64,000 nt of DNA from Caldisphaera sp. (GCA_049971805.1 JBMFKU010000005.1:1-64000), one strand, 5' to 3'. Counted from the first letter of the stretch, positions 21,887 through 34,247 are shown. Program-made: numbers and translations. The notes: generated by a model not told the origin, from the sequence alone.

Positions 21887-22672
21887 TTAAGATTTTAATA
21901 AATATATTGATTTGACTGCTGAGAAATTAATTACCTCATCCCTTTCCATATTTTTTGTTTTTGCTATAAAATCAACTAGTTCTGATATCATCAGAGGACT
22001 TAATTTAATCCCATGATAGTTATAGGGTCCGTCACTTTCCAATACCATATGTTCTTTTGGTGTATTCTTAATTATATCTATGTGCTTTTTTTGAAGCATT
22101 AATGCCACATTTAAAGATATAGCATAATTATTCTTTGCTATATCCTCTATTAATTCTATTGGACCAGTATACCAATGAAACATAGCTCTTCTAACATCAT
22201 TCTTTACTAGAATTTCTAGAACTTCTTTCCAAGCATTTGGAGAATGAATATTTATCATTATGTCCATTTCTTTAGATAAATTGACAAACTTTAAAAAAAT
22301 TTCTTCCTGTTTTTTAAATGTTTCTTGCTTCATAAATCTTTTATCTATACCAACTTCTCCTATGCAATTCAAATCATGCCTTTCTATAAACTTTATTATC
22401 TCATCTGATTGATCAATTAGCATTTTATCTAAAATCCAAGGATGAAACCCTCCACAAGGAATCACATAACCTTTATATACATCTGCCAATTCCATAATTT
22501 TTCTTAAACTTTCCAATTCTTCTGATACAGCAACTACCTTTATCTTGTTTTCAAATATCTTGCTTAAATCAGAGTTACTAAATTCATTTAAATGGCAATG
22601 CATATCATATAAATATTTATTTATTTCATTTTCCTTTTTTAAAATAACTTTTTCACTTAGCATTAACTTCAC
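21887..22672 (-). CDS. tatD: TatD-family nuclease
   Basis: DMHCH, GFHPW, IGEVGID, IHS, FHWY and LESDGP. Confidence 0.92.
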   Translation of the reverse strand: MKLMLSEKVILKKENEINKYLYDMHCHLNEFSNSDLSKIFENKIKVVAVSEELESLRKIMELADVYKGYVIPCGGFHPWILDKMLIDQSDEIIKFIERHDLNCIGEVGIDKRFMKQETFKKQEEIFLKFVNLSKEMDIMINIHSPNAWKEVLEILVKNDVRRAMFHWYTGPIELIEDIAKNNYAISLNVALMLQKKHIDIIKNTPKEHMVLESDGPYNYHGIKLSPLMISELVDFIAKTKNMERDEVINFSAVKSIYLLKS

Positions 22673-23131
22673 CTAATCAAAAGCTATTGTTTCAAAGTAT
22701 ACTTGGTTTTTTTCAATGGCATTTTTTATTGATCCTTCTTTATTTGTTAGCTTTGATTTCCCACTCTTAATTTCTATAAAATAAATTGATTTTACTTCAC
22801 CATCAGAAAGTCCATCAAACACTATATAATCTATAGGTGAGCCAATAAATCTTGCATCCTTCGGATTATAATGAAAATTGGGAAAATAAGGAGCAAATTG
22901 TTCATAGACCTTTCCTGTTATAACAGACTTACTTTGCTGAACAGCATCTCTTCTTGCTTTTTCTATTGATTCCATTGAAATAACCTTTGCTTTTTCATTA
23001 GCTAGCATTTCAATACTGCTTTTCATGTTGTCCAGCTTAACCCTTTGCCTCCAATTTGATATATAAAGATATATTATCAATGCTAATTCAAGCAATGAAA
23101 TAAATCCCAACAAATATATCAATAAATTCAA
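22673..23131 (-). CDS. membrane-anchored Holliday-junction-resolvase-like PD-(D/E)XK endonuclease
   Basis: N-terminal TM helix; GKVYEQFAP, RFIGSPIDYIVFDG, FIEIKSG. Confidence 0.85.
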   Translation of the reverse strand: MNLLIYLLGFISLLELALIIYLYISNWRQRVKLDNMKSSIEMLANEKAKVISMESIEKARRDAVQQSKSVITGKVYEQFAPYFPNFHYNPKDARFIGSPIDYIVFDGLSDGEVKSIYFIEIKSGKSKLTNKEGSIKNAIEKNQVYFETIAFD

Positions 23132-23264
23132 ACCTACCCCCGCTATTAATAAATATGAATAAAAGAAAATATTTATTTATTTTTTGTCATTTTGAAATTC
23201 CTTGGCCATAGTGAGCTAAAAACATTAAAAAGGCTATCTGCTAAAATAAAAAAAGGCTTTAGCT

Positions 23265-24872
23265 ATGTCTGCTAAGTTTGTGTTTGTAACAGGTGGAGTG
23301 ATGTCAGGAATTGGCAAAGGAATAGTATCAGCTAGCACAGGACTTCTATTAAAATCTAGAGGTTACAATGTTGGGATAATTAAAATAGACCCTTATCTAA
23401 ATGTTGATGCTGGAACAATGAGTCCCTATGCACATGGAGAAGTATATGTAACGGCCGATGGTGGAGAAACGGATCTAGATTTAGGTCATTATGAGAGATT
23501 TCTTGGAATAAATTTGAGTAAAAAGCATAATATTACAACGGGGCAAATTTATTATAATGTAATAACGAAAGAAAGAAAAGGCGAATATCTCGGTAAAACA
23601 GTGCAAATAATTCCTCATATAACAGATGAAATAAGAGAAAGAATAACTTCAGTTGCAAAAGAAACTGGAGTAGATGTTATGATAATAGAAATAGGAGGTA
23701 CCGTGGGAGATATTGAAGGTCTACCATTCTTGGAATCAGCTCGACAAATGTGGATAGATATGGGATCAGAAAATGTTCTATTCGTTCATGTTGCTTTAAC
23801 ACCTATTTTATCAGCAACTGGGGAACAAAAAACAAAACCAGTCCAACATAGCGTGCAGGAATTAAGGAGAATAGGAATCCAACCTAATATTGTTATTGCA
23901 AGAAGTAGTAGACCATTAGAAGAAGAATCAAAATATAAAATTGCTTTATTTGCAAACCTACCAAGGGATTCAGTTTTTAGTGATCATGATACAACTACAC
24001 CTTATGAAGTACCATTACTGCTAGAAAGCCAAGGATATGGAAAGCTATTGATAAAAAAACTTGCATTGGAAGACAGAGATCCTGATTTGGCTCCTTGGGA
24101 AAGTTTTGTAAACAAATTAAAAAATTTGAGTAATGAAGTTCCAATAGCTATGATTGGGAAATATACAAAACTTAAGGATAGCTATATAAGCATATCAGAA
24201 GCTTTAAAAAGTGCAGGAGTTGCTACAAATATATTACCAAAGCTAATTTGGGTTGAAGCAACAGATATAGAAAACAATAAAATAAACGTGGAAGATGTGC
24301 TATCTAATATAAAGGGAGCAGTTGTATTACCTGGATTTGGTGCTAGAGGCACTGAAGGAAAAATTAAAGCTATCAAATATCTTAGAGAAAACAATATACC
24401 TACATTAGGAGTCTGTTTTGGCATGCAACTCTCTATCGTAGAATATGCAAGAGATGTTATAGGACTTAAGGATGCCAACTCTACAGAAATAAATCCAAAC
24501 ACACCTTATCCAGTTATTGATCTTTTGCCAAGCCAAAAAAACCTTGAGCGTTTAGGAGGAACTATGAGGTTAGGAGAAGAAAAAATAAGAATTGAAAGAA
24601 ACACGATGGTTTACAGTCTTTATAATAAGGAATACGTATATGAAAGACATAGACATAGATATGAGGTTAACTTAAAATATTTAAATAAGCTAATAGAATA
24701 TGGAATTAAGATTAGTGGATGGAGCCAGCAAGGATTGGTAGAATTTATAGAACTTTCTAAAAAAGACCATAGATTTTTTATAGGAACACAACCTCACCCA
24801 GAATTTACTAGCAGGCCATTGAATCCAAATCCCTTATATATGGGTTTAATGAAAGAAGCTTCTATAACTTAA
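23265..24872 (+). CDS. pyrG: CTP synthase
   Basis: [38 protein letters not shown] and HPE. Confidence 0.98.
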   Translation: MSAKFVFVTGGVMSGIGKGIVSASTGLLLKSRGYNVGIIKIDPYLNVDAGTMSPYAHGEVYVTADGGETDLDLGHYERFLGINLSKKHNITTGQIYYNVITKERKGEYLGKTVQIIPHITDEIRERITSVAKETGVDVMIIEIGGTVGDIEGLPFLESARQMWIDMGSENVLFVHVALTPILSATGEQKTKPVQHSVQELRRIGIQPNIVIARSSRPLEEESKYKIALFANLPRDSVFSDHDTTTPYEVPLLLESQGYGKLLIKKLALEDRDPDLAPWESFVNKLKNLSNEVPIAMIGKYTKLKDSYISISEALKSAGVATNILPKLIWVEATDIENNKINVEDVLSNIKGAVVLPGFGARGTEGKIKAIKYLRENNIPTLGVCFGMQLSIVEYARDVIGLKDANSTEINPNTPYPVIDLLPSQKNLERLGGTMRLGEEKIRIERNTMVYSLYNKEYVYERHRHRYEVNLKYLNKLIEYGIKISGWSQQGLVEFIELSKKDHRFFIGTQPHPEFTSRPLNPNPLYMGLMKEASIT

Positions 24873-24972
24873 ATACATAAATTTTAAAAATATAAATTTA
24901 TTATCTTTATTGCCAGAGAATTTAGTTAAATTATAAAAACTTTATTTACCGTATTACCTGTGGTGAACAAAA

Positions 24973-25575
24973 ATGCAAATACCTTTGGATAAAATATGCG
25001 TTAAAAGCGGTATGCTATGTCCTAATTGCCAAGCAAAGATCGATAAAGGACTTTATGAAAAATGGGAAGTTGATGTTATGAGGGCTCTTTTAGAATTAGA
25101 AGATAAGATGAAAGAAGTTAAGGAAATCAATTACAAAAAATCCATAATATTCGATAAAAAGCTTTATATATTTGTTGAGAATTTAAGTTCGCATAGGCAT
25201 GAATTAGAGAAAATTTTGGAAAAGAAATTAGAAAAATTAGGCATTGAAAAAGTTGCTCTTATAGAATATACCAATAACCCAAAGGAATTAATTTATAGAC
25301 TCTTAAATCCCATAGAAATTAAATCGGCTAATATCTATTATAGCCCTGATGGAGGCATTTATTATGTTATAAAAATACCTAACTATGAGAAAGGAAAGCT
25401 AGAAAATTTGCAAGAACCTACTAAAAGGATCTTTAAGTTACTAACAAAAAACGATGTTTATTTTGAACTTACAGAAGAAAGAAAAACTATAAAAATAAAT
25501 GATAACAACGAAGAGGAAAAGATAAATCAACATATAGATACAGAAAAATTAAATAAGCTTCTAAAACAACTATAA
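24973..25575 (+). CDS. NusA-like transcription elongation factor (archaeal, Cys-rich N-terminus)
   Basis: N-terminal PLDKICVKSGMLCPNCQ signature followed by a KH-like region. Confidence 0.72.
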   Translation: MQIPLDKICVKSGMLCPNCQAKIDKGLYEKWEVDVMRALLELEDKMKEVKEINYKKSIIFDKKLYIFVENLSSHRHELEKILEKKLEKLGIEKVALIEYTNNPKELIYRLLNPIEIKSANIYYSPDGGIYYVIKIPNYEKGKLENLQEPTKRIFKLLTKNDVYFELTEERKTIKINDNNEEEKINQHIDTEKLNKLLKQL

Positions 25576-25584
25576 AAATTTTTA

Positions 25585-26631
25585 TTAAAACCAATTATCT
25601 AATCTTGCTTGCTTTGACTTAATAGAGTCCTTAAAGGATTTCCTAAGCCTTTCAAGTGCTTTCCTAACTCTATCTTCGCTAAAATTATGACCATCAACCA
25701 ACATTGATACAATTTTTCCTTCATCAGGTTCTTTCCATTCTATTTTGTAATTATCAGCAGATGGAGGTTCTAAAAAATAATTATAAATCTTTATAGGATC
25801 AACCTCTCCCCAATCTGTTTTAAGACTTTCTATCGCCTTTATAGGATCTTGATAGTTCTTAACATAACGCAATGCAGTCTTTGGACCATAGCCTTTTATT
25901 CCATCAGGATTAAAATCAGTTCCTAATAACAATCCAATTACTATTAATTGTTCTCTAGTAATACCCAATAGTTTTAACATATCTGATAGATTTATTATTT
26001 CTGGTTTTATATCTATATATTCATCTCTATTAGGTAATTTTCTTTTACCTGTTATAGCTAGGTTTCTAACAAGCTTCGGAGAACCAAACAATAGGCTATC
26101 GTAATCTTGGCTACCTGCAGCATATACATCTCCCTTTTTGGCCATATAAGCCGCTTGAGCTTCCCCATCTGCAGGTGCCTGTACCCAAGGTATCCCCATA
26201 TATGATAATAAATTCTTAGCATCACTAACCATATTACTTAATAATTCTGTAGAGGCCTGTGCATATTTTCGTGCTTCTTCTATATTTCCTTCTTGTTTTG
26301 CTTTTTCATATTTTTCAGCATATTGCCTTCTTCTACTTATCCTATCTTCTATTTCTCTTCTTTTCATTTCTGGGGGCTTTCCATCAAAAACATATATAGG
26401 CTTTATACCCTCTTCAATAAGATTAATAGTTCTATAAAATAGTCCACTCAAATGGCTAGTAACATTACCTTTGGAATCTATTAGGGGGGTTCCATCAGGT
26501 TGTCTTATAGCTGCTAAAAATTGATACAATATGTTATAGCCATCTAATGCAATCGAGTAGCCTTTTAATGATTTTAATTCGATATCTTGCTTTGCTTGTT
26601 CTGGGACCAAGTCTTTTAAATTAACTCCCAA
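25585..26631 (-). CDS. fen: flap endonuclease 1
   Basis: MGVNL, YQFLAAIR, VFDG, EAQAAY, SQDYD, GTDFN and C-terminal PIP box QARLDNWF. Confidence 0.98.
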   Translation of the reverse strand: MGVNLKDLVPEQAKQDIELKSLKGYSIALDGYNILYQFLAAIRQPDGTPLIDSKGNVTSHLSGLFYRTINLIEEGIKPIYVFDGKPPEMKRREIEDRISRRRQYAEKYEKAKQEGNIEEARKYAQASTELLSNMVSDAKNLLSYMGIPWVQAPADGEAQAAYMAKKGDVYAAGSQDYDSLLFGSPKLVRNLAITGKRKLPNRDEYIDIKPEIINLSDMLKLLGITREQLIVIGLLLGTDFNPDGIKGYGPKTALRYVKNYQDPIKAIESLKTDWGEVDPIKIYNYFLEPPSADNYKIEWKEPDEGKIVSMLVDGHNFSEDRVRKALERLRKSFKDSIKSKQARLDNWF

Positions 26632-26687
26632 AAACTATCACCGAGTTATTTTAATACAAAGTAAAGTGTTTTAATTTTTCGTTCTTA

Positions 26688-26960
26688 TTATTGCTCGGAG
26701 GAGATATTTCTTTCTGCATCGCTCTTAAAAACAAGCTTTATTAGTCTGTCCTCCTTTGTACTTGAATTAACCGATACATAACCCAATATTTCTAGCTTAA
26801 TAAGGATTTTAATCAAATCGGCAGGAGATATTTCATAATTTTGCCTAGATAAATAAGATATTATTTCTTTATCGGAAACAGGCATCTCGCCATTTTTTGT
26901 TAATTCCTTTAATGCATCATAAACTAAATTTAAATATGGTGACTCAACCCAAATACTCAT
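26688..26960 (-). CDS. small winged-helix protein
   Basis: 90 aa, co-oriented between cdc48 and fen; LIKLEILGYVSV resembles a wHTH recognition helix and wing. Confidence 0.72.
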   Translation of the reverse strand: MSIWVESPYLNLVYDALKELTKNGEMPVSDKEIISYLSRQNYEISPADLIKILIKLEILGYVSVNSSTKEDRLIKLVFKSDAERNISSEQ

Positions 26961-26971
26961 TTTTGCACCCC

Positions 26972-29185
26972 TTAATAAGTGATTGAAGTTGAAGTAGATT
27001 TTCCTAAGCTAACTTGCCTTGCTGTGTCTAACCATCTCATATAGTAATCTATCATATATTGAGTAACGCTTGGCTTCACCTTTACTAAAGCTGTATCAAA
27101 GTGTTTCTTTCTAACTATTCCATTCTGCAAATCTTCTCTCAAAGCATGCATTGCGGCTTCTCTTACCAATGCTGCTAAATCAGCACCAGTATAACCATTT
27201 GTTCTTTTTGATATATCAATTAAATCAACATCATCTGCTAATGGTACAGTCCTTGTGTGTATCTGCAATATCTCTAACCTACTTTTTTCTTCGGGTGGTG
27301 GAACATAAACCAGTTTTTCTAGCCTACCAGGTCTAATTAATGCTGGATCAACCATTTCCGGTCTATTAGTTGCTGCTATAACAACAACATTTTGTAAATC
27401 TGTTATACCATCTATTTCTGTTAATAATTGGCTTACTATTCTTTCCCCAACTCTAGTACCTTCATCAAAACCTCTAAGTGCTGCTATAGCATCTATTTCG
27501 TCGAAAAACACTACTGCGGGAGCATATTGTCTAGCTTTCTTAAATATTTCTCTTATTGCTTTTTCGCTTTCTCCAACCCATTTGCTTAATACTTCTGGAC
27601 CCCTTATTGCTATGAAGTTTGCCCCGCTTTCTGTTGCAACTGCCTTTGCAAGCAATGTCTTCCCAGTACCTGGAGGGCCAAATAACAAAACACCCTTTGG
27701 AGGTTCAATACCTATTCTCTTAAATGAATTAGGATATTTTAAAGGCCATTCAACCACTTCTCTTAATTCCTGTTTAATACCTTCCAAGCCCCCTATATCA
27801 TCCCAATGAACTTCTGGTATCTCTACCTGGATCTCCCTTAAACCGCTTGGAGTTATATCTTTAAAAGCTGAAATAAAGTCATCCATTGAGACAACCATTT
27901 TTTCTAGGACTTCAACAGGAATTTTTTCTTGTTCTACATCTATTTCTGGTAAATATCTTCTCAAAGCATGCATTGCAGCTTCTTTTACCAATGCTGCTAA
28001 ATCAGCACCAGTATAACCTTTAGTTATTTCAGAAAGTCTTTCTGTATCAACGTCATTGGATAAAGGCATATGCCTTGTATGTATTTGCAGTATTTCAAAC
28101 CTTCCTTGCTTATCTGGCAATGGTACTTCAATCTCCCTATCGAATCTACCAGGCCTTCTTAAAGCAGGATCTACGGCATTTGGCCTATTTGTTGCCCCAA
28201 TTACTATAACTTGCCCCCTGTTTTCTAGGCCATCCATAAGAGCTAATAGTTGTGCAACAACCCTTCTTTCAACTTCTCCTACTACCTCATCTCTTTTTGG
28301 AGCTATAGCATCTATTTCATCAATAAATATTATTGCTGGCGCATTTTTCTTGGCTTCTTCAAATATCTCTCTTAATCTCTGTTCGCTTTCCCCATAAAAC
28401 TTGCTCATTATTTCTGGACCATTAATTGCAACAAAATAAGCATCGCTTTCTGTTGCAACTGCCTTTGCAAGCAATGTCTTCCCAGTACCTGGAGGGCCAA
28501 ATAACAAAACACCCTTTGGAGGTTCAATACCTAATCTTGCAAAAAGCTCTGGGTGCCTTAAAGGCAACTCAACTAGTTCCCTAATTCTAGCAACTACTTC
28601 TCTCAAACCTCCTATATCTTCATATGTTATCTTAGGAACGTTTATTTGAGCCATCGGTTTTTCTAATATATCAACAGAAGTTTTTTCTCCTATTATAACT
28701 GGTCCTCTTGGTCTTGTATCTATAACTGATAATTGCACAGCCTGTCCTATCACCGGAACAACTATTACATCCCCTTCCACGATTGGGGTGCCAACTAGCT
28801 TTTTCTTAACATATTTCTTAAATCCTTCATCAACAGATATAGAATGAACTGTTGGAGCCAGTTTTACTTTTACAGCCTGTTTTGGTATTGCTTTTCTAAT
28901 TATTACTTTATCTCCTATGTTAATATCTGCATTCTTTCTTAGAATACCATCCATTCTTACTATATCCAATCCTTGATCTTCAGGTAAGGCTGGCCATACT
29001 ACAGCTACTGTTTTCTTTTTACCTTCTATTTCTACTATATCTCCTGGCTCCACACTAAGCTGTTTCATTATATCTACATCTATCCTAACCCTTCTTTTTC
29101 CTGAGTCTCTAGGTCTTGCTTCTGAAACCCTTAGCACAACCTCCTTTGAGTTATTCGATTGGTTTTCTTCTGACATAAGGCGCAC
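26972..29185 (-). CDS. cdc48: CDC48/VAT-family AAA+ ATPase, paralogue 2
   Basis: N-domain and two AAA modules with Walker A/B and SRH. Start may be the ATG at 29176. Confidence 0.97.
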   Translation of the reverse strand: MRLMSEENQSNNSKEVVLRVSEARPRDSGKRRVRIDVDIMKQLSVEPGDIVEIEGKKKTVAVVWPALPEDQGLDIVRMDGILRKNADINIGDKVIIRKAIPKQAVKVKLAPTVHSISVDEGFKKYVKKKLVGTPIVEGDVIVVPVIGQAVQLSVIDTRPRGPVIIGEKTSVDILEKPMAQINVPKITYEDIGGLREVVARIRELVELPLRHPELFARLGIEPPKGVLLFGPPGTGKTLLAKAVATESDAYFVAINGPEIMSKFYGESEQRLREIFEEAKKNAPAIIFIDEIDAIAPKRDEVVGEVERRVVAQLLALMDGLENRGQVIVIGATNRPNAVDPALRRPGRFDREIEVPLPDKQGRFEILQIHTRHMPLSNDVDTERLSEITKGYTGADLAALVKEAAMHALRRYLPEIDVEQEKIPVEVLEKMVVSMDDFISAFKDITPSGLREIQVEIPEVHWDDIGGLEGIKQELREVVEWPLKYPNSFKRIGIEPPKGVLLFGPPGTGKTLLAKAVATESGANFIAIRGPEVLSKWVGESEKAIREIFKKARQYAPAVVFFDEIDAIAALRGFDEGTRVGERIVSQLLTEIDGITDLQNVVVIAATNRPEMVDPALIRPGRLEKLVYVPPPEEKSRLEILQIHTRTVPLADDVDLIDISKRTNGYTGADLAALVREAAMHALREDLQNGIVRKKHFDTALVKVKPSVTQYMIDYYMRWLDTARQVSLGKSTSTSITY

Positions 29186-29412
29186 CCTTCTCCATAAATT
29201 TGCTATATACCAGAGCCTTTAAATAAGCAACATATATAAAATTTTAAAAATTTTTAATTTTTATTTTAATTATTTAATAAATTTTATTAATAAAACTATA
29301 TTTTATAAAGAAAATTTAATATATATTTATTTTAATTATTTAATATAACAATATATGGCAATATTTATTTAACCCATGTTTAATAATATATTAAGCACAG
29401 AGGAGAGATGGT

Positions 29413-29658
29413 TTGCCTGAAACTCAAAAGGTTGATATCAAGAATGATAGTGTCTATCATATAAATTGGGATGCATCCACAGATGCAAACTATGTAAAAA
29501 AGGAACTTGTAAATGCCTTTAGAGCAAGGGCAAAAAGAGTTATTATACATGTTTATAATTCTCAAGAATATGAATACTTTGAAAAGCTTAGAGAATTTTT
29601 AGGTGAATTTATATCGCAGACTATAATTATTGTTAGAGAACAATCTAATCATGGGTGA
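29413..29658 (+). CDS. small hypothetical protein
   Basis: 81-aa ORF with GAGGAG ribosome-binding site, overlapping the start of the radical SAM gene. Confidence 0.6.
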   Translation: MPETQKVDIKNDSVYHINWDASTDANYVKKELVNAFRARAKRVIIHVYNSQEYEYFEKLREFLGEFISQTIIIVREQSNHG

Positions 29659-31219
29659 GAATATGGTTTATGATGTGGTTATAACAACCGATAGAACTAT
29701 GATGAGTGATCATCATAAACATGAATTTTTAGGATTTATGACCACAGGACCAGCAATTGGCATGCCTGAGAGCATATGGAAATGGATTGCAGCACCTAAA
29801 CCTAAAGTTGATAAACTGGGAAGGCCAAAGGTTGCAACATATGGACTAAGAAAAATAGAAGCGGCGTTAATAAATGCTGGAATAAATGCATCAGTTATTG
29901 ATCCAGATCATATAAACAAACACATAGATACAGTAAAGGTAATCATGATTGGCCATCATGACTTTTTTGCCTATGGACCCCCAAGTAGTGAATGGTGGAC
30001 TATAACTGGGAAGGAACCTATAAATAGAGTTTCTTTTAGAAAATTTATGGAAAGCCCATCGATGCAAAAGGCCAGAGAAAAAGGTGTAAAAATAATTGTA
30101 GGAGGACCTGCTGCATGGCAATGGTTATGGTCCCTTGATGAATGGAAAAAATGGGGGGTTTCAACTGTAGTAGATGGAGAAGCCGAAAATGTCTCAGTAG
30201 AGCTTGTTAAAAAAGCATTAAAGGGAGAAGAGCTACCAGATTATGTTTTTATTGGCCCTAATGATGTACCATCACTTAATGAAATTCCCATAATAAAGCA
30301 TGCAAGCGTTAATGGGTTAGTAGAGATAATGAGAGGTTGTCCAAGAGGTTGTAAGTTTTGTAGCGTAACATTAAGACCATGGAGATCAATACCTCCAGAA
30401 AAGGTTATAGAAGAAATAAAGGTTAACCTAAACGAAGGTGTAGATCAAATATTGTTACACAGTGAAGACGTGTTTTTATATTATGCAGATGGTATAAGAC
30501 CTCAGCCAGAAAAGCTAATTAAGTTACATTCTACTATTAGGGAAATGTCTTCTTTGCCTATTGCATGGTCACATGCAAGCCTAGCAGCAGTTAAATATGC
30601 CGAAGAAACTCATAAATTAGTTTCTAAGTTAACAGATATAATGTACAGCGGAGACCAAGACTTCTTAGGAGTAGAGATTGGACTAGAAACTGGGAGCGTT
30701 AAGTTAGCTAAAAAAATAATGCCAGCAAAATCAGCACCATATGCTGCGGAAAATTGGCCTGATATTGCAGAATCTGCATTCTCGATCCTAGCAGATCATT
30801 ACATAATACCAGCTGTTACCTTAATAATAGGTCTGCCAGAGGAAGAGCCTGACGATGTAATGGCTACAACAGAGCTGGTAGAAAGATTAAGACCATATAG
30901 AAGCCTAATAGTGCCAATGTTTTTTGTTCCTATGGGGGTTTTAAAGAACAGAGATTGGTTTAAGAAAAACTTACTTAGAAGAGAGCACATCGAATTACTT
31001 AAAGTAACATTAAATCATAGCGCCTATTGGGCAAAAGATATTGTAAGTAAGTTCTACATTAAAGGTTTTCAATATGGTCCTGTAAGATTCCTTTTAAATT
31101 ATCTTGTTGATTACATACAGAAAAAGGCTAATGCTGCTGCGAAAGAAGTTGAAAGGTATTGGGAAGAAAATGAGAAAAATAATGTTGCCATAATCTCGCA
31201 AACTTCTACAATTGCTTAA
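29650..31219 (+). CDS. B12-binding-domain radical SAM protein
   Basis: CPRGCKFC [4Fe-4S] motif, IIVGGPAAWQ, VEIMRG, GLETGS. Start is likely MGENMVYD. Confidence 0.9.
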
Positions 31220-31338
31220 TTTTTGCTTAAAAATTTTTATTAATTTTATATTTATAGTGGTAATTACTAAATTATTTATATATTTTCTTTTACGCTATTG
31301 TTGAAAACTAGCATTTAGTAGGATTCGAGTGAATAAGC

Positions 31339-32304
31339 TTGATGAAAATCAACAAAAAAGCATTGCTAATGCTAATAATATTAATCGGCTTAATGATGGC
31401 AATATTTAGCATACTATCAGGAGGATTTTTTAAGGCTATTATAATTTTATCCCAAGGAGGCTACGGATTGTTATATTCTTTAATATTAATATTTGCATCA
31501 GAAATTGTTAAATCTCTAAGATATTATTTTTTGGCAAAAAGAAATGGTTATAAACTTAAACTAAAAAATTCTATTATAGTTCAACTGACTGGATTTTTTG
31601 GCGGAATAATTACACCAGCTAACTTAGGAGGAATAGCATCAGGTGCATCAGTTCTAGCATCATATACTAACATCTCTCTAGGCGAAGCCTTAGGATATGC
31701 ATCCATACAATCATTCTATGATGGTATAATCCCGGCTTTAATTTCATTAACAATATCATTGTATTACTTGCCAGAATCGATTTTGGCATTTTTAATTTCT
31801 ATTGCAATAATAACAATTTGGATTGCAGCCTTCAACAAAAGAGTTAAAGATTCTTTAATTCTATTAACAAGAAAAATTTTAAGAAACAAATACTCTGATA
31901 ACTTGGAAAAAGAAATCAATTTATTCCAGAGCTCATTAAAGATCATTAAAAAAGATTTATTATTATCTTTTTCCTTGTTTTTAATCACTATAGTATCTTA
32001 TCTCATACAAATTATATCAATATTTGTTTTATTTTTAAAATTCAATTTTTTAACTTTATTCATATCCTTAATGTTTTATTATGTAATGGCATCATTTCCC
32101 ACACCTGGAGGGGAAGGAGGTGTAGAATACGGATTATCAATAACATTACCAATGCATATAGTAATAGAGTGGAGAACCGTTTATGTGATCAGCGCATTGC
32201 TATCAGGTTTGATTTCACCCATTTCTATAAAAAGAATGAAAAATTACGATATAACTAAAAGCATAGCATTTCAGAGCAAAGATAATAATAAGGTCTCTTC
32301 ATAA
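31339..32304 (+). CDS. flippase-like membrane protein (lysylphosphatidylglycerol synthase TM family)
   Basis: Polytopic; ITPANLGG and FPTPGGEGGVE...WR motifs. Confidence 0.82.
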   Translation: MMKINKKALLMLIILIGLMMAIFSILSGGFFKAIIILSQGGYGLLYSLILIFASEIVKSLRYYFLAKRNGYKLKLKNSIIVQLTGFFGGIITPANLGGIASGASVLASYTNISLGEALGYASIQSFYDGIIPALISLTISLYYLPESILAFLISIAIITIWIAAFNKRVKDSLILLTRKILRNKYSDNLEKEINLFQSSLKIIKKDLLLSFSLFLITIVSYLIQIISIFVLFLKFNFLTLFISLMFYYVMASFPTPGGEGGVEYGLSITLPMHIVIEWRTVYVISALLSGLISPISIKRMKNYDITKSIAFQSKDNNKVSS

Positions 32305-32498
32305 AGACAAAGAACCTATGGGCTGTTAAGGGTTTATGGTTTATTTCTATTTATTCATTATTGATTATTACCATTTAAGATAAATATTTTTAAAATTTAA
32401 AACGAAAAGAAATTGATAAATCCATGAAACAAAGCTTTTAAAACCATTTGTTTCTATTTAAAATCTCTGAAATTTAAGCTAAAAACAGGGGAAAGAAA

Positions 32499-33248
32499 TT
32501 GGATGAAAATAACAAAAAAATAGTAATAACACCACCAACACATCCAATGTTTATATCAATTTACTTAATAGGTGGAATAATCATTGCTCTTTTAGCCTTT
32601 AAATTTCCAGTTTACATAGCTCAATCTTCATATTTAAGTTATGCCATAATATTGGGAATTATTTCAGCCATATTAATAATTTTAAGTCCAGCCCTAAGCT
32701 TTGTAAACCTAATTGTTAAAACAATTAATACTGGAATGATAGAAAATGTATTGGAGTTAGAGTATGTTGATTTCTTTGGTGTCCCTATACCTGTTCCAAG
32801 GGTTGCTTATAGGGAAGCAAAGATGATGATAGCAGTTAATTTGGGAGGCGCTATAGCTCCATTAGCTATTTCTATCATATTATTTATATTAATGACTGAT
32901 TCCCCATTTTCTCATATATTTTATGAAGCTGTAGTGGTTTCGTTGATAATAAATACCATTGCTACTTATTTTTTGGCTAGACCTATAAGAGGCGTTGGAA
33001 TTGCTGTTCCTGCATTTATACCTCCAATAATAGCAGCAATTAGTTCAATTCTCATAGCTGGCTTAGGACCGGCGGCAGCATCAGCAGCATATATAAGCGG
33101 ATCGATGGGAAGCTTATTAGGAGCTGATATCATTCATTTAGCAAAAGAGCCTGAAAAAATATTTGCACCTTTGGTTAGCATTGGGGGAGCAGGTATTTTT
33201 GATGGAGTATTTATTACTGGTCTTATAGCATTTGTATTAGCCTTTTAA
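32499..33248 (+). CDS. DUF1614-family membrane protein
   Basis: AVNLGGAIAP, GSLLGADI and SIGGAGIFDGVF. Confidence 0.85.
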   Translation: MDENNKKIVITPPTHPMFISIYLIGGIIIALLAFKFPVYIAQSSYLSYAIILGIISAILIILSPALSFVNLIVKTINTGMIENVLELEYVDFFGVPIPVPRVAYREAKMMIAVNLGGAIAPLAISIILFILMTDSPFSHIFYEAVVVSLIINTIATYFLARPIRGVGIAVPAFIPPIIAAISSILIAGLGPAAASAAYISGSMGSLLGADIIHLAKEPEKIFAPLVSIGGAGIFDGVFITGLIAFVLAF

Positions 33249-34247
33249 ATTTATGTCTACTTCAAAAATTGACATTTTTGGATTATACTCTAATACCTTC
33301 CTATAAGAACCGACTTCAAAATTTCTCTCGCACCTAAAATCATTTTTTATCCTACTAATCAGGTTTGAGTCATTATAATCTAATAAATATAAATATATCG
33401 TAGCTTCATTCTTTGCCAATTTACAGGCTGCCTCTAAAAATTCTAATGATTTAGTCGGATTATTCATAATTATTTTATCAAACCTTGCTTTAATAATATA
33501 ATTTAAATGCAAAGAATCTGCCCTTAAGAAATTAACTATTCCTCTAAGAATTTTTTTATTAATACTGTAATTTAATGAAGCTAACGATATTGCATATGGA
33601 TTCAAATCGACAGCAACTATATTAGATTTTTTCAGCTTTGCAATATTAAGGGCAAAACCCCCAATGCCTGTAAACATGTCCAATATATCTTCATTATCAT
33701 TTATTAAATTTGCAATCCTATAATGTTCATTAGATAGCCTTGGATTTATGTAAGCCTTTAAAACATCAACATAAAACCTTATTCCATTTTCTCTATAAAG
33801 GGTATATGTTTTTTCTTCTCCATATAATAGAACCAATCTTGGTGTTCTATATTCACCCCCTGTATTAATCTTAGCATAAACCGATTTTATTTTAGGATTC
33901 ATATAAGAAATCTTTACAGCAGCTTTCTTTAATAAATCCATATTATTATTATAATTTATAATAGCTATGTCACCAATTATCATATAGCTAGAAATTCCAG
34001 GAACCTCTTTATTCAATCTTTTTATTTTATATTTATATTCATCAAAGCTTTCATTGCATATCTGAGCAAAAATTGATTTTTGATCTAAAATTATTTTTGC
34101 TCTTTCGCTATTATTAACAGGCAAGAAAATATATCTATCCGATGTTTTAGGCTTTAGATTGCTTAATAGCAAATTTTCTTCTTTTAGTATATTAATAGCT
34201 TTTTGGCCATCAGTTTTATTAATACTTATACACTGAGCACTATCCAT
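33237..34247 (-). CDS. Trm5/Taw2-family SAM-dependent tRNA-modifying enzyme
   Basis: IIGDIAI, GEYR, ENGIRF, DMFTGIGGFA, DLNP and IIMNNP. Confidence 0.88.
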   Translation of the reverse strand: MDSAQCISINKTDGQKAINILKEENLLLSNLKPKTSDRYIFLPVNNSERAKIILDQKSIFAQICNESFDEYKYKIKRLNKEVPGISSYMIIGDIAIINYNNNMDLLKKAAVKISYMNPKIKSVYAKINTGGEYRTPRLVLLYGEEKTYTLYRENGIRFYVDVLKAYINPRLSNEHYRIANLINDNEDILDMFTGIGGFALNIAKLKKSNIVAVDLNPYAISLASLNYSINKKILRGIVNFLRADSLHLNYIIKARFDKIIMNNPTKSLEFLEAACKLAKNEATIYLYLLDYNDSNLISRIKNDFRCERNFEVGSYRKVLEYNPKMSIFEVDINLKG

